Below the pieces are notes generated by a model, which had not been told where the DNA came from, made no database searches, and saw only the letters and a list, made by a program, of their open reading frames with translations. The position numbers were made by a program, and so were the translations under genes. Below are positions 52,001 through 64,000 of a stretch of DNA of 64,000 nucleotides, piece after piece. Source of the DNA: Felis catus (taxonomy: Eukaryota); contig NC_058368.1 in the NCBI RefSeq assembly GCF_018350175.1, positions 202,804,001 through 202,868,000 on the forward strand, in the 5' to 3' direction. Within the stretch, counting starts at the first letter, position 1. Every line of letters starts with the position of its first letter.

Positions 52001-53108
52001 ATCTGCACTCTTCCATTCTGAAGAGAACAGACCCAATTCCTGCAATAACGTCTTGGCACATAAACAGGTGGGGAATATATTGAGGAAGACTAAGAAAAAG
52101 CAAAGGTCTAAGGTTGCTTATTTATTTCCAGTAATGATTGTGTCATAGGTGTCCAAGCAGGTTTACATAATTTGCTTATGTATTTCCCATACATTTGCAT
52201 GCCATGTTCAGAAACGCTCACTCTAACTGTATCAAATCAGATCAAATAAGGTTCAACAATGTACAACTACTGTCTAATTTACCGCTTGTAAAAAATGAAG
52301 CTTATATTCACAGCTACTAATGTAGAGAAGTAGACAAAGTAGCTTCAAGCTCTCAGTGGATAATTCAAAAGAGTGTATTTCTGTTACCAAATTCTTGATG
52401 GTTTCTAGGACAAGCACTTTTTGCAAAACTCTATGCAATTAATCTTGTAAACTTCCCAATTAGTCAGACTTATTTTGGGAGAAAGTAGTAGCTGTTATTC
52501 TCATTAGTGTGTCCAACTGTAAGACAGAAAGGATTTGAGAATAACCAGGAAGCCAGGTAAATTAAGGTCAATGTTTGAAACTTTTATTTAATGTTATATC
52601 TTTTCCTGAGAAGTTCTTAAAGGAGCATTTGCTAATTTAATCAAAAGTTGCAGGCATAAATGCTATCCTGAGCCGGGGCGGGGCAGCGGAGGGGGGGGTG
52701 GTGGGGAGTCTGTTGGAATGAGGTGGATGAGAAAAGGGAGAATCAAGCCTGTGACAGGATTTCTAAACTTGGCTCAACATTCATTATCTCAAAGGTGACT
52801 GTGTCATAATGACAGATCACAAAGGGGGAGTACAAATGATGAGCTGGGAGGGGGATTTAAATATGGGCAGAGAATGCTCATTAGTTACATTAATCTTGAC
52901 CTAATGGAAGTCTTGGCTTAGGAAGGTGGCACTTACATGAATGAAACTCATGTTCTAAATGCAGGATGTTGGCAGAGTAGAAACAAGTTCCCAGAAGGTC
53001 GCGGGTCATAATCTCAATGTTTAGTTTATGGGTTCTGAGAAATGAGTGATGAAAAGTAACCATTGCCTAAATAATATTCGGTAATGAAAATTGATTTCAA
53101 ATGCCATC

Positions 53109-53133
53109 ACGCGTGCACACACACACACACACA

Positions 53134-53166
<33 letters not shown>

Positions 53167-53167
53167 A
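53109..53167. repeat. (CA)n/(CG)n alternating purine-pyrimidine tract
   Basis: Directly visible. Confidence 0.95.
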
Positions 53168-53511
53168 TGAACAGATTCACTATAACTCTATCATAAAAGT
53201 AAATAAAAGTAACTCTATGATAAAAGTAAGTTTAATTTGGGTTGACTGCTAAACTCATCTGCTTGATCCCTTTGGAGATGTTGTTAGGTTTAGTCAAATA
53301 CACTCTGTTACCTATGCATAATAGTTTTAAAATATGAAAACTCTGGAAAGAAGCCCAAATTGCAGAATTAAAAGTGCATGTGCTGACAATCTCCTATCAG
53401 TTAACTATATTTGGAGCCCAAAGCATTTTAAAATAACTAATGGTTGAACTGCAAGAATGTCTAAGTTTACCATCTCCTTCACTTATAAAGTAAATTAGAG
53501 CTGTTGTAGAA

Positions 53512-53520
53512 TTTTCTTTT

Positions 53521-53580
<60 letters not shown>

Positions 53581-53668
53581 TCCTTCTTTCTTTCTTTCCT
53601 CCTTTCTTTCTTTCCTTTCTTTTCTTTCTTTTTTTTCTTTCTCTTTCTTCGTTTTCCTTTTTTTTTTT
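53512..53668. repeat. (CTTT)n tetranucleotide / polypyrimidine tract
   Basis: Directly visible. It is the source of the KERK-repeat ORFs. Confidence 0.97.
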
Positions 53669-54136
53669 CAATTCGGGAGGATCTGTGATCGTTTCTTGCC
53701 TTTGTGTCTTGTAGCAAGGAATAAGTAGCTCGCTATTATGAGTTATAAGATATTGCTTGAATGAATTTTGATAGTTCAAATTACACTGAAACTGACTTAT
53801 ATACCAGACTTCAGTGTCTGATTCTGGGAAATGTAGACATAAACTATATTACTCTTCAGAGTATTTATTTAACTCCTGCAAGGTTTATTCCAAATAACAG
53901 TAATGTATTTATCCATAGGCTGAAGGTAGGTAGGAGATAGACAGAGAGAGGATAAGATAAAGGAACATTAATCTTTTGAAATTAACAGGATATCTGGTCT
54001 TTTGGGTTGTTCACATGATACAATAAGGGTTATCCAGCTTATATTAGAAGAACTAGGGACTAAACAAAAGACTTCTTGCTAAAGACATATGCTCTTATTT
54101 TAATCTGTGTATCTAAAGACATTGAAAGTTAAATAC

Positions 54137-54335
54137 AGGGTCACCTGGGTGGCTCCATCCATTAATCATTGGACTCTTGATTTTGGCTCAGGTCTTGATC
54201 TCAGTTTGTGAGATGGAATCCCATGATGGGCTCCATGCTGTTAGCATAGAGCCTACTTGGGATTCTCTCTCTCTCCTTCTCTCTCTCTCTCTGCCCCTCC
54301 CCTGCATAATCTCTCAAAGTAAATAAACTCAAAAT
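54137..54335 (+). mobile_element. Older Can-SINE
   Basis: GGGTCACCTGGGTGGCTC head, gactcttgattttggctcaggtc, CT tract and aaataaa tail. Confidence 0.9.
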
Positions 54336-55307
54336 AACTTCAACAAAGGCAATCCAATATAAAATTGGATATTATATATATATATCTATATATATTTATA
54401 ATATATACATATTATACATATACATACATATATATGAATGGTAATAGATCATGTCCAAGTGAGGTTAATCCCAAGAATGTAAGGTTGCCCCCCCACATAC
54501 ACACTCTCTCCCTCTCCAACTTCAGTGTTATTTGATGATTGACTCTTATTCTACAAATATTGCCTTGTGTGGGAGGCACCCCTTCCACATTCTTTTCTAG
54601 CTTCCTACACTTCTCTACTCATTACAGCAATTATTATGTTCTTTTAGAGTTACTTTGGCCATTAGATTATTAGTTGTTGGAAGCTGGGGCTATGTATTAC
54701 ATATCTCTGAATTCTTAAAATCTGTCATACTTCTGTTGTTTAAAACATATCTGTTGGATTGAACAGCACTAGAGGGGCACTCATACAGGCCCTAACTCCA
54801 AAATTGCCCCTACTTTCCTATTGTTAAAATTCCTCATTAAAGCTTCTGTCTTTGGGGGAAATAGTCTGTCCTTTATTAATATGCAAATATTTCTAACTAC
54901 TTAACACATTTCAGGCTTTTGTCAACTATTTACACCTTAGTGTTAATTGGTTTATCCCAGTCTTTCTGCTGTTGTAGTTTGCTGCCAGCAGGATTTAATA
55001 AGGGAAATATGCATATGGAGCAGAAGTGTGTGCTTGTGTGTGTGTGTGTATGTGTGTGAGTTTGAAAAGAAAGAAGAGATGGAGGGTGGAGGGGAAAGAA
55101 AAGAGAAAGGAGAAAGAGTCTAAATTTATTAAGTGCCTGAAGGGAAGATCATTGATGAAATTTAGCACTGCAGAGGTTTGCCCAGAACCAGAGGGGATAG
55201 TGAAATTCCGGGAAGAATCATGATTGTGCACCTGGGGCAACAAATAATTGGGGGTCCTTGGACAATATCCTTTAAATATTTGTTCAACTCTATTAAGATG
55301 GAATAAT

Positions 55308-55648
55308 AATACAAGGGAATATTATGCAGGCTTAAAAAAGGAGATCCTGCCATTTGAGACAACATGGATGAAACTGGAGGACATTATACCAAGTGAAATA
55401 AGCCAGACACAGAAAAAAAACACTAAATGATCTCATTTATATGCAGAATCTAAAAAAGTCAAGCACATAGAAAAGAGTAAAGTGGTGATGACCAGGGGCC
55501 AGGAGGTGGGAGAAATAGGGAGATGTTGGCCAAAGAGTACCAAGTTGCAGTTGTGTAGGATAAAAAAACCTAGAGATCTCATATATAGTAGAATGACTAT
55601 AGTTAATAATATTGTATGGAATATTGGAAATTTGCTAGGAGGCTCTCA

Positions 55649-55692
<44 letters not shown>

Positions 55693-55816
55693 AATTATGT
55701 GAGGAGATGGATATATTTATTAGCTTGACTATAGTAATCACTTCACTAGGTATATGTGTATCAAATCATCGTGTGGTGTAGCTTAAATATGTGTCATTTT
55801 TACTAAAAAAATTAAA
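55308..55816 (+). mobile_element. L1MA-class 3' end with internal (CA)n
   Basis: Encodes the ORF2 C-terminal remnant EYYAGLKKEILPFETTWMKLEDIIPSEISQTQK, followed by an L1MA8/9-like 3'UTR. Confidence 0.88.
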
Positions 55817-56324
55817 GACTTGCAAGATTACCTGTTAATTAAAATTGAAAACAAAGATATTTGCCTCTTACCTACTTCCACTAGTAAAAATAGAATTAAC
55901 GTACTGTCAAAAAATCTGCAAGACATTTCTCACTTTGCTTTTTGATAGTTTTTGCTAGTTGATATTCACTTTTTGATGTTTTTGCTAGTTGGTCCCTGTA
56001 TGTGAGGGTGTCTGTGTATGTAACTTTCTTAATCAAACTTCTTTTAAGGCATATTGAAAGGTATATACTGTGGATGGTAAAGCCCTCTTTTCTGGTAAGT
56101 AGATTTATACCATGCAGTACATTTTGTTTTAGAATTCCGTTGGTTATAATTCTACATAAGAGTCACATAATGACACAGTTGCATTAAATCCATTCTATAG
56201 AATCCTGGTTTGATTACAGGGCTTTGGTTCTAGAGTCTGGCATTCGAATTCCACCTCCATTTTTTTCCTCTCTGTGTGTCACTGAATAATTTACATAACC
56301 TTTAAACCTCAGTTATATTTCTAT

Positions 56325-57020
56325 TTTTAAAGTAAACTTTAAACTTTAGAACAGTTTTAGATTTACAGAATTATTGTGAAGATAATATAGAGACTTCTCA
56401 TATACCCCATACCCTGTTTTCTCAATTATTAAAATTACATTAGTATTGTACAATTGCCATAGTGAACAATGAACTGTTATTAACCAAACTCCATACTTCA
56501 CTTGAATTTCCTTAGTTTTTACCTAATGCCATTTTTCTGTTTCAGAATCCCATCCAGGATACCACATCGTATTGAATACTCCTGTTTCCTTAGGCTCCTG
56601 TACACTGTGACAGTTTCACAGATTTCCTTGTTTTTGATGACCTTGACAGTTTGTTTTTTTGTTTTGGGGGGGTGGGGAGAGTGCAGGTGGAGGAGATGGG
56701 CAGAGGGAGAGAGAATCTTAAGCAGTTTCCCTGCTTAGCAGGGAGCCCAACATGGGGCTCAATCCCAGGACTATGAGATTATGACCTGAGCCAAAATCAA
56801 GAATTGAACACTCAACTGACTGAGCCATCCAGGTGCCCCTGACCTTACTAGTTTTGAGGCAAACATGTTTGGTATTTTGTAGACTGTTCCTTAATTTGAA
56901 TTTTTCTGAATTTTTTTTCATGGCCAGAATAGGATAATGTGTTTTTGAGAGGAAGACCACAAAATTAAAGTGCCATTCTCATCATATTATCCTATCAAGG
57001 GTACATACTCTCAATATGAT
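56325..57020 (-). mobile_element. L1MC-class 3' end, interrupted by a SINE
   Basis: agttttagatttacaga..cccatccaggataccac..gaagaccaca..aagtgccattctcatca. Confidence 0.8.
56653..56839 (-). mobile_element. Older Can-SINE nested in L1MC
   Basis: Reverse SINE body with degenerate TSD tgaccttgacagttt / tgaccttactagttt. Confidence 0.9.
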
Positions 57021-57024
57021 GATC

Positions 57025-57695
57025 AGTTAAATTTCATCAAAATTTTAAAAAATGGTGAAAAAGTCTTTTGAGAGGAAAAAATATAAACTACAGACTTGGA
57101 GAAAATGTTTATAAAGGACTGATATCAAGAATACATAGAGAACTCTCAATGCTCAACAGCAAACAAACAAATAAAAAAAAAATCCAATTCAAAAATGGGA
57201 TAAAGGCAAAAAGACACTTCTCACCAAAAAAGAAAAGACAAATAGGTACATAAAAAGATGTTCCACAAAATGCAAATTGAGACCATAATGAATGATCACT
57301 ACATAGCTGTAATAATAAGAGCAACAACAACAGATAGTGACGATACTAAATACTTGTGAGGATGCAGAAAAGCTACACTCCTTATATGTTGCTAAAGGGT
57401 ATGTGCAATGATCCAGCCACTCTGGAAATTAGTATGGCAGTTTATTACAATAATAAACATACATTTACTGTAAAACTCAACAGTCACACTCTCGGGCATT
57501 TAGCTAATAAAAATTAAAACTTTCATCATCAAAATAACCTGTGCATGATTCTTCATAGTAGCTTATTTGTCAAAGACAAACTAGGAAACAACCAAAATGT
57601 ACTACAAAAGGTGACTGATTAAACAAACCATAAGCCATCAACGCCATGGAATAGTACTCAGCAACAAAAAAGGAACACATTATTCATACATGCCC
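57025..57695 (+). mobile_element. Old L1M ORF2 3' fragment
   Basis: ttggagaaaat..aaggactgatatcaagaatacatagagaactc..gccactctggaaa..catggaatagtactcagcaac. Confidence 0.8.
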
Positions 57696-58261
57696 TGAAC
57701 TCTAACTCATATCTTGAAAAGTCTAAACTAAAAAATGAGCTTACTGAAATCTCTGAATGAAGACAAATACTTGTACTGGAGAGACTCTAGATTCAATATT
57801 TTCTCAGTACTTAGGATGCACTACTATTTCCCAAAGACCAAAGATGACTCTCACAGAAGAATATGCAGGCACTTTAAACCTTGACTGATAGTAGTGAAAG
57901 TGGGACATAACACCAGTATATAGGTTGAAGTACTGAATTCCCAGGTACTAAAGAAAAAATATAATTAATCAGCTAGATGAAAATTGTTGGGCCACATCTT
58001 GGGAAGCACAGTCAAGTGGTCCTGGAGGAAGATTTCTAGTGAGGCAATAAAAACATGTGTTCTCTCCCAAACCCATCAAGTCCAGAAAACACCAATGCAA
58101 ATTACCTTGGTATCAATTAAGAAAGACATTATTTGTCCCTTACACCTTTCCTTCTTCTGCTTCATTCCTGGAAAAACCAGAGACAGTTTCTTAAGTGGAG
58201 AATAATATAACTAGAAAAAATAAAGAAACTGATTATATCCCGTTTCCTAAACCTAAGGCAG

Positions 58262-58615
58262 ATATTTTAATTCCTAAATACTTCATTGTGTATTTCCTAA
58301 AAACAAGAACATTCTTTTGCATGAAAGTACAATAATCAAAATCAGGAAATCACATTGATACAATATTATCTAATTTACAGACTTTTTTAAAAATTTCACC
58401 AATTATCTCATTAATGTCTTTTATAGAAAAATAATATATATCATACATAAAATATATCTAATTATTTATATAATAAATTATCAATAAAGTAGATAATAAA
58501 GTATATAGTTATAATATAATAAATCCTAGAAAATGTGTAATATTTATGTATTTATTATATTATAATAATTTATATAATAAAGTTATTTATATAATTTATA
58601 TATAATTATATATAA

Positions 58616-58648
<33 letters not shown>

Positions 58649-59583
58649 TACTGGTCCAGTATTCAATCTAGAATCACAAATAACATTTATATGTCATGTA
58701 TTTTTAGATGTCTTTAATCTGGAAAACTTTGGCAAATCTTTCATGAGCCTACATGGCCTTAAAATATGTGGTGAGTTCAGGGAAGTCTGCATGTAGAATA
58801 TTTCTTAATTGTGATGGAGTATTTGTGTTGAAGTTTCCATATGAATAGATTCAGGGTCTGTATTTTTTGCAGGACTATTGCAAAAGTGATGTTATGTCTT
58901 TCTTGTTGCATGATATCTGGAGGCACGTGATATTAAGTTGGTTCATTACTGGTTAAGTTTGATCATTTTAGATTATGTCTACCAGATTTGTTCACTATAA
59001 GGTTCTCATAACTCTTTGTAATTGATACATATTTTGTGGAATCTTTGTGACTCGGTAAATATCTTCTTTCTCATCATAAGTCCATCCACTATAGTTCACC
59101 TACATAATTGCTACCTAAACAAATTTATTCTACTAATATCTGTGAAATGGTGATTTTGTAATTCTATAATTTCTTCTATGTTCATTGAAATTCTACTATA
59201 AGAGATTTTTCTTTCTTCCCATTTATTCCTTTTATTCATTTATATTGGCATGAACCCTTGATCTAAATTTGTTTTATGGGCTATAATATGCTAATACTAT
59301 TATTTTTTTGATGCCTAAATTCTCCCAGATTTGGTCAGTGGCAGCCATTTCAAGGTAGCTCCAATGTTGTTTCCCCACCATTCCTAGAGCCCTTCTTTTT
59401 CTTCCTGGTTCTAAGCTGATCTTTGTATGTTCTTAGCACTAGTTCACAAATCAGCCATTTATGTGAGACCTTAGGTTGCTTTTATCAGAGAATGGTATTT
59501 AGAAACCAAGATCTGGGTAACAGGTGTGATCACTGCAACTGCAGTGTCTTGCTTCTAAATCCAGTCACAGACGATGCTATGAA

Positions 59584-59623
<40 letters not shown>

Positions 59624-60060
59624 CTATTTTTGTATCCACCTATTTATCTTTAATTAATTAATTAATTAAGTTAGTTTTATTGAATTTAATTTAAAACATG
59701 AGTTCAATTCCAATCCAACTGTAGGGATAATTCCAGCCTTTTTGTTTTCTATATTTTTAATCTCTAACAGTAATAAGTCTGACCTTCATAAAGAATACAT
59801 TTATATATTTGCTTATCTTAGAATAAATATAAAATAATTTAGAATTTCCAATATATATCACCACAGAAAACAAACTTACTAAATAGAATCCAGTATCTTT
59901 TACAATATCTTTTAGCCTTAGGGTATATAGTCAACATACTATTTTTGAAGTTACTTGGATTAACACCCCCTCCTTTGTGGTCTTGGTATTTATTTTAAGT
60001 ACAGGTTAGTTTATTCATTATAGCTTTTCATTTTGATATGTTTCCTAACCTGGCTAATTG
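58262..60060 (-). mobile_element. L1MC4/L1MC5-class 3' region with expanded AT and CA microsatellites
   Basis: cctaaatacttc..tgtatttcctaaaaacaag..cccagatttggtcagtgg..gaatggtatttagaaaccaagatctggg. Confidence 0.75.
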
Positions 60061-60532
60061 CATTTTTTATTGTTTTTTTGTTTTGAGTATGTGAAAAATA
60101 TAACATGATTTTAAAAACTGAAGCTGTATAAAAAAGAATACACAGAGAAGTATCCCTTCCCCCTTCCTTTGTATCCTGTTCCCATCCTTCATTGTTTCCA
60201 CGTCTTTCCTACCCACTCTGTATGCACAACATATCATTCATTTCTGATTTATCTTTCCTGTGTTTTTGCACAATGATCAGAGATATTTATATATTTGTTA
60301 TAATCCTATTTTTCTGACACAAAACAGTTCATTATAGATACTTTTTGCCTTTTTTAAAATTTTTGCTTAAAAATATATTCTGGAAGCTATTTCCTCCTCA
60401 TTTATAGAAATATAACATCATTTTCTTTTAAACAGCTGCACAGTATTTTCTTGTGTGGATGAAGTTACTAAACCATACTCTTATAGACAGAAGTTTGCAT
60501 TGTTCTTAATATTTTCCAGAAGATTTAATTTT

Positions 60533-60751
60533 TTTTTTAATTTTTTTTCAACGTTTATTTATTTTTGGGACACAGAGAGACAGAGCATGAACGGGGGAGG
60601 GGCAGAGAGAGAGGGAGACACAGAATCGGAAACAGGCTCCAGGCTCCGAGCCATCAGCCCAGAGCCCGACGCGGGGCTCGAACTCACGGACCGCGAGATC
60701 GTGACCTGGCTGAAGTCGGACGCTTAACCGACTGCGCCACCCAGGCGCCCC
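60533..60751 (-). mobile_element. Very young SINEC_Fc-type Can-SINE
   Basis: Essentially consensus with CpGs intact. TSD gaagatttaatttt at 60519-60532 and 60754-60767. Confidence 0.98.
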
Positions 60752-61584
60752 TGGAAGATTTAATTTTAATAAAGTTGAGAATTCTGCTTATTATACTAAA
60801 ATGGACAAAATAATTATTGAAATAAATAAAATTCTCCTTATGACTAAGAGTGACTTGAAAATTTCTTTTGGTCTATAAAAGTGAATACACAAGAAATGGA
60901 TCTTATTCAAGAGTTCATCTAGGGGCTGGGGAAAGTAGGAACCAGTGGGTTTGGATGATTGTAGGAGGAAAGCAAAATGTAGTTTTCATCATTGTGCAAT
61001 ATGCTTATTACACACAATTCTTCATTTCATCAATATCATAAGTAATTCCAAATAAAACATCTGAATATTTTAGCTCTATACTCTGTTTATATGTGTATTC
61101 TTAATTAAGTGTTTAGTATCTATAAGAACTAAAAGAAGATAAGGCATACACCTGGATAATAGGAAGAATAGGAATTATTGTTGAGAAAAAAAGTAAAACA
61201 GTCTATATCCAAGTAAAATTACAGGTGTATATATAGCACACACATGGAGACAGGCAGAGAGAGACAGAGACAGACAGAATATATAGATATTATATACTAC
61301 ACATTATATATTTTATATATTATATGTTACATTATATATTATATTTCATACATATATATATACCTCTACAAACTACTAAAGCAGAGTAAAAAAACCCATT
61401 AATTGAAAGTAACCCCAATTGATTACCCATTTTACTAGATTGAAAAAGCCTCTCCTTCGTTAAAGGGATGTTAAAGTAAGAGGAAGTTTGTAAGATGGGG
61501 TGATCCCATAAACAGATGAAGACAGGGCAAGGCCTCTACTCTGAAAAAGTGTCCTCCATTTGGTATCAGAAGTCTACGCTCAGT

Positions 61585-62145
61585 ATATAGTAAACACGGA
61601 TTCATTTGCAAGCAGTGGAACATATAACACAAAACAGATTAAACAAAATAAGTAATTTATTGGCTCACAAACAGGTCAGAAGTCTAATTTCAGAAAAGTC
61701 TTTATCCAACTGATTAACTATGTCTCCATGAACCAGATTCTTTTATGTACCTTTACTTTGCTGTCAATTACATCTTTTTTTTTTTTTTTCATCAAGATGT
61801 TTGCAAGAAACATCCAAGAAGCAAGCCTGACTTAACTACCTATATTGCTATTTTTGCTTGGTCAACTCCAGTAGGAGACAGTGCATCCCCTATACTAACC
61901 ATCAAGCAATAGCCTTGTGCTTCACTTTAGGACGACTTGGATTACATTTCCACATTGAATCAAATCGTATAGCCTGATGACTGAACACACTTGTTGTCTT
62001 AAACCTATTTGAAATGTCTATTGCTAGAGCTTGAGATACTATGGATCAATCGATTTCAAACCACAGGCTGCTATTCAGTGGGCCGAAACAATGTTGCAAC
62101 CCACTGGATGTTGCTGACTAGATGTTGCAAAAACTTCAACAATAT
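61585..62145 (-). mobile_element. Old MaLR LTR (MLT1K/L-like)
   Basis: tttgcaagcag..ttaaacaaaa..aatttattggctcaca reverse MLT1K/L terminus. Confidence 0.55.
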
Positions 62146-64000
62146 ATGGAACACCTGGTAATCACTTCGTATGTCCCATTATATCTATTTGAAAACAGGG
62201 GAATGGTGGAGGTACTCAGTGCAGCTTCACAGATTATTTCCATACTTTCATTTTAGAATTCCATGAGTAGTATATCTTTTCCTTAACTGGAGATGCTCAG
62301 GCTTCCAACTACTATAGGCCTCTTACCTTTTGAGTCAAAATTTAAAAACAATGTTTTAGGTCCTTTTTCTAACCCATATATTTTTCTTATAATCTTTCAT
62401 TGATGGAAAGGTGAGTGCGGGGAGAAAAGGTTATAGAGATGTTCTCATGCTTCCTCTTTATTTCTAAGACTCCAAGAAATTTGAAATAAATTATCTGTTA
62501 CAAAGAAATTTTGGTAATAAGTTTAACATGTTTTAAGAGATTTAACATATTTTAAGTTAGAACGAAATATGATCCTTTCCATTATGGCAAGAAAAGAAAA
62601 ATGGAAAAGATGTCACTGGCTACATAGTAAAACATTTCCAAGTAGTTTCAACTTTTCTATTTTCTTTTAGGACATGTTATATGACTTTGTAGAGTTGGGA
62701 CATTGTCTGCAGAAATGAAATCATTTAATTTGACACTTTTTGTTTTTAATTTCTTCTTGGTAATTGTGTATGCTGCGCCTTAAAAAAAAAACAAAAACCA
62801 GAACTAGAAGAACTGCTAAATGTTATACCTATCTGCCAAGAGACGAGAAGTCTCATTTTGGGGAAAATAGACAATCACATTAAGGTAGCTTGATAAAAAT
62901 GAAAATTAATTATTTGTATGCCTTAAGGGGAATCATTAGTCTAAATAAGAATGCTGAAAGAACCCACTACATGAAGAGAAAGGAGGCTTTTTTCCCATCA
63001 CACTAATGCAGAAACTAAACACAGATATAATGACCATGGTATATTTGTTTCCACTGCATTGTTTGAATTAATGTCTCCAAGGAATAGACCATCAAGTTAA
63101 ATCAGCATTAAGAGCGTTTTCATGAATTTCAAAGTCTCAAATTAGCATTAACTATTTGTTATTCAGAATGCCAATCTTCAAAACTATCTTAATGAAATTA
63201 TCTTTGTTTTTACAGGATATTCCTTATTATTTGTTCAGTGTTTTGAACGTAGCAAAAGCTCCCAAAGAGAAAAATCATGGAGATGAATTTGCTAATTAAA
63301 TTCCTTAAAAGGCAATCAAAAGGACAGATACTGTAATTGCATCCTGAATTAATGAGTAGTCTTCTTGGGGTTCAGTCGTCTTTAAGATTACGGGCAGAGA
63401 CAAAGGACCTCAATTCCTATTAGGCAACAGGCATAATTGTGTTAAATAAGATGAACAGGTCCAAGGAATCTTAAGGCCCATATGGAACTCACAACCATAA
63501 TGGGAAGACAGAGCCTCTGGAGTGGGTTAGGTCAAAGGGAAAGAGTCAGAAGCCTTTGGAAGGACGGGCAAGGCCATGACTGTCCTGACAGCTCTATTTT
63601 ATTCCTCCCCATAGAGACTGTACAAATGACAGACAGGGTAGACAATGTTTAGACAACAGTGTAAATTTCTGGCTAGATGGTAGTACTATGTGCAATGTCT
63701 ACACATTTCCTTTGAATAGCAGAAGACTATTATCCTGTAAGGGTCTGAAACAATAAGTTATTTGGTGACATACTCTAGAATTTTTCCTCCCTCTCTCCTC
63801 ATCTCCACATGGCAGAATCAAGAATTTGGATAGAGCTCTACTACTTGTAATTCTACAGGATAGGGATGACCCAGAGAAACACTGTTTTATTACTGGGGAT
63901 GTTTTTGTGATCTCAATATGCTCATGACCGATGGCCTAAAGGATATATATGTATTAACTACAAATATCCTTTTATGCTTTTTGATATATTTTTATAAATA

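Noticed and set aside
53397..53779. Lys/Glu/Arg-rich ORFs
   Set aside because: They are translations of the (CTTT)n repeat.
62671..62759. Acceptor/donor-bounded exon-like segment
   Set aside because: All three frames contain stops, and there is no support for a non-coding exon without RNA data.
1..64000. CRISPR array, operon or other prokaryote-like system; numt; intact ERV genes
   Set aside because: I saw no regularly spaced repeat-spacer array, no mitochondrial-like sequence and no gag/pol/env frames. The direct repeats present are TSDs or microsatellite-associated duplications.

Overview
AT-rich, repeat-dense mammalian non-coding DNA (intergenic or deep intronic). It is almost certainly from a felid, probably domestic cat, because it carries several near-consensus SINEC_Fc-type Can-SINEs. 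I found no host protein-coding exon I can support: the listed ORFs fall in L1, SINE, LTR, MIR/L2 or microsatellite sequence, or are short chance ORFs. The main contents are one near-full-length but dead carnivore L1 (about 13.8-20.75 kb, with a SINE nested in ORF2), 12 Can-SINEs of different ages (most with visible target-site duplications, TSDs), MaLR and ERV1 solo LTRs, hAT and TcMar DNA-transposon relics, old L1M, L2 and MIR fragments, and many microsatellites. The most distinctive items are a 51-nt tailless tRNA-Arg(ACG) retropseudogene with a TSD at about 34.0 kb, three sites where a 20-30 bp unique anchor is duplicated around AT-microsatellite filler, a young SINE with no TSD, a tail-to-tail pair of L1 3' ends, and a few non-repeat CpG- or motif-rich patches that may be regulatory. 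I see no evidence for a new multi-gene biological system. Repeat subfamily names come from my recall of consensus sequences, not from a database search, and the boundaries of old repeats are approximate.
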